From contig JAZKJC010000003.1 of the NCBI GenBank assembly GCA_040384565.1, positions 87,195 through 151,194 of the forward strand: a DNA stretch of 64,000 bases, given 5' to 3'. The DNA is from Patescibacteria group bacterium (lineage in GTDB: Bacteria; Patescibacteriota; Saccharimonadia; Saccharimonadales; JAZKJC01). Position 1 is the first letter of the stretch. The number at the start of each line of letters is the position of its first letter. The position numbers were made by a program, and so were the translations under genes. Below, in pieces: positions 46,887 to 55,900 of the stretch. Below the pieces are notes generated by a model. It was not told where the DNA came from and ran no database searches. It worked only from the letters and a program-made list of their open reading frames with translations.

Positions 46887-47379
46887 GAGTTGTAAGAAGT
46901 TAGCGCCAGGTGTGCGGTTTGAAGAGGCTGGGAGTTTTTACTGGTCGCCTAAAAAGCAGGTTATATATATGAATAGCCCTAGGCTACAAACAGATGAGGG
47001 GTGCTGGGCGCTGGTACACGAGGTGGCCCATGCCCTTTTGGACCACCAGAGCTATCAAACAGATGCAGGGCTGTTGAAACTGGAGGTAGAGGCTTGGGAG
47101 AAAGCCCGGGATTTAGGCACTAAACTTGATTTAAGCATAGATGAAGAGCATATCCAGGAATGTCTGAACACCTACCGGGACTGGTTGTACGCGCGCAGTA
47201 CCTGCCCTACTTGCATGCTAAACAGCCTGCAAATTGACGAGACAACCTACCAGTGCCTGAACTGTTCAACCCGCTGGTCAGTTTCCGGCGCAAGATTCTG
47301 TCGCCCCTACCGCATGCAGTCCAGGCATAAAAAAACATCGTCTGATGACCCAAAGTCTTTGCAAACATTATTTAGTTAG
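46849..47379 (+). CDS. HExxH metalloprotease-like protein with a C-terminal zinc ribbon
   Basis: WALVHEVAHALLDH and CPTC..17 aa..CLNC. It overlaps the ROK gene by 38 nt, and the start is uncertain. Confidence 0.5.
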   Translation: MDVMSSPSNSLVKSCKKLAPGVRFEEAGSFYWSPKKQVIYMNSPRLQTDEGCWALVHEVAHALLDHQSYQTDAGLLKLEVEAWEKARDLGTKLDLSIDEEHIQECLNTYRDWLYARSTCPTCMLNSLQIDETTYQCLNCSTRWSVSGARFCRPYRMQSRHKKTSSDDPKSLQTLFS

Positions 47380-47764
47380 GCTCAGTCGAGGGTTCAACCG
47401 TATGAGTCGCGCTGACTGGAGCATCAAAGTTATTGTTATTAATGCCGCACTTTAGTGAATTAGTTGTTGCAAAGCTGCGTGGCCCAGGACAGTTTTCGTC
47501 AATAATTCCAGCAAGTTCAGTTGCCTCTGCGAACCCTTCTTCTTCTGTGAGATTACCAGCTTCAACCTCCTCTTGAATAATATCAACATTAAACAAGATT
47601 GTGTAACAAACCTTTTCCTCCCCTAGACTACCCCCAACTCGACGACAACTTTCTGGGTACAGTGCTAGCATCCTGTCTCTTAAGCTAGAAGCTGGCGCAC
47701 CGTCACCACCTCCAATGTATACTTCTTTACTCTCTGACCTAGCTTCGGGTGAACGTTCTCCCAT
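47372..47764 (-). CDS. Hypothetical acidic protein
   Basis: ORF track only. Confidence 0.45.
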   Translation of the reverse strand: MGERSPEARSESKEVYIGGGDGAPASSLRDRMLALYPESCRRVGGSLGEEKVCYTILFNVDIIQEEVEAGNLTEEEGFAEATELAGIIDENCPGPRSFATTNSLKCGINNNNFDAPVSATHTVEPSTEPN

Positions 47765-47914
47765 GACTTCTCCTATTATACTTCATTACTTGTCTTCCAA
47801 GCGCTTTGTACTTTGGTTATAGGCGCGTTTTCTCTCTGAGAAACGGACTGAGCTGTACGGGAGGTACTGCTCAGGAGTATCGCAAGAGAAAAACGTGCAT
47901 GGCACTAAAGAGCT

Positions 47915-47951
47915 AAACCCCCTTGTCCGCCTTAGACGGATTAGGGGGTTT
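47915..47951 (-). terminator. Hairpin terminator candidate after the KGG gene
   Basis: Minus strand reads AAACCCCCT-(19 nt with an inner stem)-AGGGGGTTT followed by AGCTCTTT. Confidence 0.45.
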
Positions 47952-47967
47952 AGCGGTACAAAGTGCT

Positions 47968-48165
47968 TTACACAGTTTTCTTAGAACGGCGACTGATGCG
48001 TCCGCCCTTGGCGCCAGCAATGCGGGCTAGTTCGCGATTAGCGAAGAAGCCGCCTGTGCGGCCTTTTTTGCCACCGGCAGCACCGATTTTTGCGTAAAAA
48101 TCTGCACCGTACTTAGTTTTGTTAGTGTTTGCAGCGGCTTTGCCGCCAGCCTTTGTTCCAGCCAT
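47968..48165 (-). CDS. KGG-repeat stress-induced small basic protein
   Basis: MAGTKAGGKAAA..GAAGGKKG..GAKGGR has repeated KGG-type motifs. Length is 65 aa. Confidence 0.75.
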   Translation of the reverse strand: MAGTKAGGKAAANTNKTKYGADFYAKIGAAGGKKGRTGGFFANRELARIAGAKGGRISRRSKKTV

Positions 48166-48340
48166 CTTCTATCTCCTTACGTGCGTGCTTATGTTAATGG
48201 CACATCTTGGCTGTAAAGCTCCAGTTCTCGTTTCGGCGTACCTGTGTAGTACGCCTGCACTCCGATCCTCGCTTTCCACTCCAAGCTGCACTCATAAACA
48301 AAACCACTTAACACTGGTTATTGTTGAGTCTCCTCGAGAG

Positions 48341-48431
48341 AAACAAAAAGGGCTCTCCGGTTATTACCGGAAAACCCTCTTGCTTCTTTCGAAGTTAAGC
48401 TTATGCTATCACACCATATTGCTAATGTCAA
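48341..48431 (-). promoter_or_regulatory. Strong promoter followed immediately by a terminator-like hairpin, at the head of the ~230-nt KGG-gene leader
   Basis: Minus strand reads TTGACA (48431-48426), a 17-nt spacer, then TAGCAT (48408-48403). Next come CTTC-GAAA-GAAG and AGGGTTTTCCGGTAATAACCGGAGAGCCCT plus TTTTTGTTT (48378-48341). Confidence 0.5.
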
Positions 48432-48454
48432 CAATTTATGCTATTATTAAGCTT

Positions 48455-49387
48455 ATGGTTAGTCACGAAGCAGATTCAGGTCAACCTTTTGGCCCAAACC
48501 AAGTTCAGCTTATACCGATCACCCAGCCGGAAGAAGCAGACTTTGTGCTGTCCCGTCAGTCTCTAATGTCTTTTAGCGGCCAACCACCGAAGATTTTCTC
48601 GGACGAAGATCTAAGGGGTCAACTGGAGCGTAATATTAAATCTGTTTACTGGGTTTTAGACCCTAAATATCAGAATCGAGAGGCAAGCCAGCAATGGAGA
48701 TTCGAGATAGACGGTGAGGGCTCCGTAGATGTTTTCAATTTAACCACTGAGACAGAATTTACGCAGGAGCATGCCGATATTTTTACTGCTACGCTCGCTA
48801 AATTTAAGCGTCATTTTCCTTTTGCTACAGATCAACTCGAGACAGTGTTGGTTGATGATACGCTTCCCCCTTCGTTTTATGGAGATCCAAGAAACTTTCC
48901 CACACATGGGTATGCGGTTAGCAGTCAAAGGCTAATGCAATTAACACCGCTAGGACTGGGTTTTCACCCTTATCGACGTAGCCAGATGGATATCCCTACA
49001 TTTCAGGCAACTTTTTGCCACGAACTTGCGCATATTGCCGGACTGGATAGCAAACTCAGCGGAGAGTGGTTTAGTGCAGGTTACCGATGGTACAGTAGCC
49101 CTACAAAGGGTATTGAGATTGTGGCGGATATTCCGAATAAGCCTGAGGAATGTGTTAGTGACTATGCTCAGCTCAAAGGCCAAGAAGACATCTGTGAGTC
49201 GGTTGTCGCTTACTTACTTCAGCCTGAGTTGCTTCGCGCTAAATCCCCAAGAAAATACAACATCCTCGGTAGTATTGACCAATATGACAAAACTGAACCA
49301 GTATCTGTGGTTGGTCAAGAGCAACCGAGCGTAAAAATGCCAACATTGGAAGCAGTACGTTTCTTCATAGACGAATCCATCCGATAG
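48455..49387 (+). CDS. Hypothetical HExxH (HELAH) putative metalloprotease
   Basis: Start trimmed to MVSHEADSG.. at 48455, because the upstream part of the tracked ORF overlaps the KGG gene and its leader. The motif is FCHELAHIAG. Confidence 0.55.
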   Translation: MVSHEADSGQPFGPNQVQLIPITQPEEADFVLSRQSLMSFSGQPPKIFSDEDLRGQLERNIKSVYWVLDPKYQNREASQQWRFEIDGEGSVDVFNLTTETEFTQEHADIFTATLAKFKRHFPFATDQLETVLVDDTLPPSFYGDPRNFPTHGYAVSSQRLMQLTPLGLGFHPYRRSQMDIPTFQATFCHELAHIAGLDSKLSGEWFSAGYRWYSSPTKGIEIVADIPNKPEECVSDYAQLKGQEDICESVVAYLLQPELLRAKSPRKYNILGSIDQYDKTEPVSVVGQEQPSVKMPTLEAVRFFIDESIR

Positions 49388-49419
49388 ATAGCCCCATATC
49401 TAATACTTTTCGAAATGAT

Positions 49420-49920
49420 CTATTGCTTAACCGGAGCTGTAGTTCCCGCCCCCACAGTCGCACTACTAGTAGCTTCCACCACTTTCTTGGTGGATGGCCT
49501 ATATAGTATGGCACGGACGGATTTGTCTGGGGAGACATATAGCAGCACTACGTCGCCGTTCTGAGCGTTTTTGAAAAAAGCGTTTTCTGTTGCCAGCTTT
49601 TTAGCGTCTTTGACAGGTATAAGGCTGGGCGTTAAATCTGTTGGTAGCTCTACAACCTTGCCAATCTCTTCCTGATACTTCAGAGCGTCAGTTTGGCCAT
49701 CGGATGATTGGCTGGTAAATTGTTTTTGGACTTCTTCTTTGAGCTTGTTCCGATCATTAAGTAGAAAAATAAAGCCAAGTATTACTGCTAAAGCAACTGC
49801 GGCCATTATTACTGTGTTTTTGGAAAGTCCATGTATACGAGGCACAACTAGGCTAGGCTCAGCAGCAGCGACCTGCTGCTTGGACTGGTCGATTGGGACT
49901 TGGATTCGTACTCGCGCCAT
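49420..49920 (-). CDS. Small single-pass membrane protein immediately downstream of giant gene 2
   Basis: ORF track. TM is VIMAAVALAVILGFIFLL. It starts 27 nt after the giant gene stop. Confidence 0.6.
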   Translation of the reverse strand: MARVRIQVPIDQSKQQVAAAEPSLVVPRIHGLSKNTVIMAAVALAVILGFIFLLNDRNKLKEEVQKQFTSQSSDGQTDALKYQEEIGKVVELPTDLTPSLIPVKDAKKLATENAFFKNAQNGDVVLLYVSPDKSVRAILYRPSTKKVVEATSSATVGAGTTAPVKQ

Positions 49921-49947
49921 TCTACTCTCCGTTATGCTTATAGTTTA

Positions 49948-52900
49948 TCATTGTTGGACGAAGGTGTTGGGGTTATTTACGCTTATAGCGGTCCAGGTGA
50001 ATTGCAAGTCCTGGGTAGCGGGTTGCGCCAGAACTATATCGAAGCCAGTGGCAGTTACATTATTGTGACTATACTGGGCAAATTTGCCGCCGCCAAGCGC
50101 CAAGGTTATGATTGGAGGCTGGCCATACGGTTTGCTAAATGAAACGTGAACAGAGCTGGCTCCTGATTTAATTACGGCGTAACCACCGGTGTTGTTGTTG
50201 AATGAAGCATTGCCATTAAAGACTACATCCTCATTAAATACGGCTGGTTTAGCAAAGGTTACAAGGCCACCGAATATGCTATCGCCGCTAAATTGCGCCT
50301 GGCCATTTACCAATAATGAGCCGTTAATTAGGGCGTTCAAGTCTGCCGTAATGTTGCCGACATGCAAGTTGTTTAAATCAATAGCGCCGTTTTGGTTGAC
50401 TTGAGTTTGCAAGCTGTTGATTTGGTTCTGGAGCTGAGCGTAAGAATCCGCGTCGCCACCAAAGTAGCTTGAACCAACCATTACCAGCACCTCACCCTGG
50501 CCTGCTCCACCGTAAGACGTAACGGCTGTACCGATGATAGGGCCAGCGCCACTGGCTTTGGTGGCTACGCCGGGCGTAATGGAAGATGTCAGTGGGTCGC
50601 CAACAGCGACTGGACCTTGAACCTTGACCGATACGCGTCCAGCTGAAGCCACGTTCACCGTACCTTCGCTATCGGCCTGACTGGTATCAGCTACAACCCC
50701 TACCAAGCCCTTCTGGAATGACGCCGAAGATTTGCGCAATAAGCCTTGTTCGTCAGCACTTACAACATCACCTGCACTGACCGGCTCTGCCACCCTGTAA
50801 GGTGTTGCTACATAATTGGTGATAATGCTGCTTACATCAATGGTTTCAGCGTGTATATTAACCAGTTGGTCTTCGGTTATAGTATCAACTTTCGCGGAAA
50901 GCTCTTGGATGGCAGATGCCAAGATGCCAGTGAATGATTGATAATCAATTCCAAGATAATCACCTACCCCGTAACGCTCGCTTACAAGCTCAGGCAAGAG
51001 TTCTTGGACTTCCTGGGCTATAAAGCCATAATGGATTCCAGTATTATTATCATCGTGTGCTACCTCTGAATATAGATCATTAAATGTATAGCTCACAGCA
51101 CGTAGTTGATTAACTGTATCGAGTGCACTGCTTATAGTGTTAACGTCCTGTTTTAAGCGCGCATCAGATATACCAGCGTCGGCCGCACAATTCCAGACAG
51201 AACTGGCGTCAACCCATTTGAGAATTTCATTATTAGCACAGCCTTGGAGCAAACCAATGCCACCTGTACCAGCTTCGAGCCCAGAGCCATTGCTTATAGC
51301 ACCCGCGCCATCACCCGCGATAAAGTCGTTTTGGTCGACCAGTGCCGCGTCTTTGCCATCAAGACGGTTAAACTCTGTGGCATTGACATTCACCGCGTTA
51401 ATCACAAAAGCAGTTGAGGCGTTGCCAGTCAATGTAACCGTATCGAGCGCTGAGCCCACACTAATAGTATCGGCAGTGGTGTTGTTGGTGCCTATTTGTA
51501 TGGTATTGCCAGATGTGCCCAGACCAAGCTGGATGGTCTTTACGCCATTGCCCGAACCAAGCGTGATGCTCTCTGCTGACGTGTCAGTCCCAATAGCAAT
51601 AGTGCCGGTCGTACCGGAATCAATGGTAAGGTTTGTACCTGCGGCTGATGATACTGTGACCGCGCCAAGGCCGGTATAACTCTGGCCAGCTGCTACGGAG
51701 ACTCCGGCGTCACTGGTGAGGCTATCAGCATTTAAGGCGTCCTGTATATCCACGTTACCGGCCGCATTGATAGCTAGCGTGGCTTGGGTAGAAGTAATCC
51801 CCCCATTGGCGGCTACCGCGCCTGTGAATGTGCCGCCAGCACCGGTGAATATCGTGCTACCAGCAGTGCCTATCGTCCCGGTAGTGGTAATGGTGTCAGT
51901 GCCGACGTTTATACTACCGAAGTTAGCGGTGATTGAGCCAGCGTCTAACGCGCCCGTGCCAATAATGGCTGTCGTCACGGCGTCATCTGCATCCAATAGT
52001 GCGGCGGTTTTGCCATCAAGACGATTAAGTTCAGTCGCGTCAATTGTGTTGCCACCCAGGACAATCGTAGAACTGGCGCTACCTGTTAAGGCCAGTGTTC
52101 CGGTGCCATTTCCAATAGTCGTATTCGCAGTGCCGCTGTTATTGATTTGGGCGGTGCCAGTTATAGTTATACCGTTAGTCCCCTGTATCAAACCAGCACC
52201 GGCGTTCAGTCCAGCACTTGTCAGGGCACCGGCGACTGCTACCGTACCACTGCTGTTACCAAGGTTAAGCATTGTGGCCGCACCGCCAATCCGAAGCGTA
52301 GTTACAGTGGTGTTTAGCAGGTCGAAACTGGCCAATGAGCTATCGATGTTATTCTCGTTATAATAAGTTGTCCCGTTCCCTGTGGCAACACCGCTAATGA
52401 AGTAACCGCGGCCATAGCGATTCGTCAGGGTTTCAGCAGTATTAGTGGCACCGATTTCCGGGACGTGGTACTCGTTTACCGTTGAAGTATTCGCCCAAAC
52501 CAAAGCCGGGGTAATTGTTAAAGTATTGGTTGCCTTGGCCGTGATCTTGGCATAACAGATATCAACCGTACCACTACAGTCAGTACTATTGACTTGCACA
52601 TAATTCCCGACGTCAAAGCTGGCAGCGCTTGTCAGGGTTAAGCTGGTAGATGGTATGACAGCGGCACCGTTAGCTGTTGACGTGCCATCCAGGGCCGTGA
52701 AAACACTAGTTATATCACCGCTCGTATTCACGCTGAATTTGTTGCTCGCGGCCGTAAGCGTGGTACTGAATGTACCGCTAGCTCCCGTGAAAGCCGTGCT
52801 GCCGGCAGTACCTATCGTCCCGGTGGTAGTAATTGTATCGGACCCTACGTCTATGCCGCCAAAGTTAGACGTTATGCTGCCGGCATCTAATGCTCCAGTG

Positions 52901-55900
52901 CCTGTAATTCCCGTATAACTGCCAGATATATGACTCGTCCCTAACACGCCGGCAACCTCAGCCGTAGCCAGGTCAACAGCGGTAGTGGTGCTACCGGAGC
53001 CAACGAACAGGCTGGCGGTTAGGGTGTCACTGACATCAGCGTCGGTAATGCTGGCACAGGTCAGGTTGCCACTAGCGGCAATGGCGTTAGCGAACTGGTT
53101 AGCACTACAGTCGGTGGGGTTGGCGGCTAGAGCTGTGGCCGAGGTAGCCAGGGCGGCCAGGTCAATCGTGATGTTGTTGGGGATGTCAGCGTCAGTGATG
53201 GCGGCACAGCTTAGGTTGCCGTTCGCGGCAATGACGTTAGCGAACTGGTTGGCGGCACAATCGGTGGGGTTAGCCGCCAGGGCGCTGGCAGTAGAGGCGT
53301 TGCCGGTTAAGGCACCACTGAAGGTAGTGGCCGTAATAGTGCCGTCTAGGGTTAGGTTAGTGACGAATGAACCATTGGTATTAGTGAAGTCGATGGTGAT
53401 GTTGGCGGCACCGAGGTCAGCCGGGCCGCTTTGCAGGTTCGTAGCCCGTAAGTTGCCGGCTACTTCGGCAGTCGCCAGGTCAACGGCGTCAGTAGTGCTT
53501 CCTGGGCCCGCAAAAATACTTGCCGTAAGGCTATTAGAGACATCCGCATCAGTTATGCTGGCGCAAGTCAGGTCTCCATTTGCGGCAATTGCATTGGCAT
53601 ACTGGTTAGCCGAACAGTCAGTGGGGTTAGCGGCAAGTGCCGTGGCGGTAGTGGCGTTGCCACTTAGGGTACCGCTGAATGTAGCGGCTGTAATACTCCC
53701 GTCCAGGGTGAGGTTAGTAACGAATGATCCGTTAGTGTTACTAAGGTCTATTGTAACGTTAGCCGCGCCAAGGTCAGCAGCAGCACTTTGCAAGTTTGTA
53801 GCCCTTAAGTTACCTGCTACCTCAGCCGTGGCCAAGTCAATGGAATCTGTAGTGGAGCCGGAACCGACGAAGAGGCTTGATGTTAGGGTGTTCGAAACAT
53901 CAGCGTCAGTAATGCCGGCGCACGTGAGATTGCCATTAGCCGCTATGGCGTTGGCAAATTGGTTGGCGGCACAGTCGGTTGGGTTTGCGGCTAGGGCGCT
54001 GGCTGTGCTGGAGTTGCCGGTTAAGGCACCGATAAAAGTGGTGGCGGTAATAGTACCGTCAGTTGTTATATTCGTATTAAAGGAACCATTGCTGTTGCTG
54101 AAGTTAACCGTAACGTCAGCCGCGCCCAGGTCCGCAGCAGCACTTTGTAAATTGTTAGCCCGCAAATTGCCGCTTACTTCGGCGCTAGCTAAATCTACAG
54201 CATTGCTGGTGCTGCCGGAGCCAACAAGGTTAACCGCGGTAGTCGCATTGGCGGCGAGGTCGATAGTGATGCTGTTTGGTATGTCGCCATCTGTTAGGGC
54301 AGCACATGTCAGATTGCCGTTAGCGGCAATGACGTTTGCGAACTGGTTGGCGGCACAGTCGGTTGGGTTTGCGGCTAGAGCGGAGGCTGTTGATGCGTTA
54401 CCACTCAGGGCGCCACTGAAGGTCGCAGCGGTTATAGTCCCGTCTATGGTCAGATTAGTCACGAACGAACCATTGGTATTACCAAGGTCAATAGTCACGT
54501 TGGCGGCACCCAGATCCATTGCGCTGTTCTGCAAATTGCTGGCGCGGAGGTTGCCGGCTACCTCAGCCGTACCGAGGTCAACAGCATTAGTAGTGCTGCC
54601 AGAGCCAATTAGGTTGGTGGCATTTGTCGCGTTTGTCGCATTGGTTGCATTGGTTGCATTGGTTGCATTGGTTGCATTATCAATGGTGATGGAATTCGGA
54701 ACGTCCGCGTCTGTGATAGCAGCACACGTCAGGTTTCCGTTGGCAGCAATAGCCGTCGCGAACTGGTTAGCAGCACAATCTGTTGGGTTGGCAGCTAGAG
54801 ACGTCGCGCTCGCGGCAAGGTCAACAGTGATGTTGTTAGGGACATCAGCGTCGGTCAGGCCAGCACAGGTTAAATCACCATTGGCAGCAATGGTAGTTGC
54901 AAACTGGTTAGCAGCACAATCATTAGGGTTACCGGCCAAGGCAGACGCAGTGGAAGCATTCCCTGTTAATGCCCCGACAAATGTGGCGGCGGTTAGTGTG
55001 CCGTCTATTGTCAGATTAGTTACAAATGCTCCGTTAGTATTGCTCAAGTCAATGTTTACATTAGCGGCGCCAAGGTCAGTGCCGGCGCTCTGAAGATTGA
55101 CCGCGCGCAATGTCCCTGCCACTTCAGCTGTCGCGAGATCTACGGCATTAGTCGTACTACCACTTCCTACTAGATTGGTTGCGTTCGTGGCATTTGTCGC
55201 GTTATTAATTGTGATTGAATCAGGCACATCGGCGTCGGTGATGCTTGCGCATGTTAAGTTACCGTTCGCGGCTATGGTGGTTGCGAACTGGTTGGCCGAA
55301 CAATCGGTTGGGTTACCAGCAAGCGCGCTAGCAGTAGTAGCGTTACCAGTCAAAGACCCTACAAAAGTTGCGGCTGTAACCGTACCATCGAGTGTCAGGT
55401 TAGTTACAAATGAACCGTTTGTGTTGGTAAGATCTATACTGACATTTGCCGCGCCAAGATCGGTACCAGCGCTCTGCAAGTTAGTGGCCTTAAGGTTACC
55501 GGCGACTTCGGCGGTGGCCAGGTCTACAGCGTTACTGGTACTACCGGAGCCGATAAGGTTCGTGGCATTTGTAGCGTTAGTTATGGTAATGCTGTCTGGA
55601 ACATCCGCGTCAGTTATCGTGGCACAGGTGAGGTTACCATTGGCGACAATGGCGTTGGCGAACTGGTTGGCCGAACAGTCGGTGGGGTTGGCTGCGAGCG
55701 CGCTCGCCGTAGCGGCCAGATCAATCGTTATAGAGTTGGGGATATCCGCGTCAGCAAGAGCAGCACATGTCAGATTGCCATTAGCTACGATGGTGGTGGC
55801 AAATTGGTTTGAGCTACAATCTGTCGGGTTAGCTGCCAAAGCGCTTGCCGTTGAAGCGTTTCCTGTTAATACACCGATAAAAGTTGCTGCTGTAATTGTA

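Noticed and set aside
48119-48454. N-terminal extensions of tracked ORFs (48119-48454; also nrdR 31622-31771, priA 38488-38568, def 40597-40641, ftsA 34746-34829, tnpA 3674-3778, S1 45919-45999, yqeY 36753-36827)
   Set aside because: The extensions overlap other genes or structured leaders and lack family-conserved residues. An internal ATG with a promoter or SD context matches the canonical N-terminus of each family.
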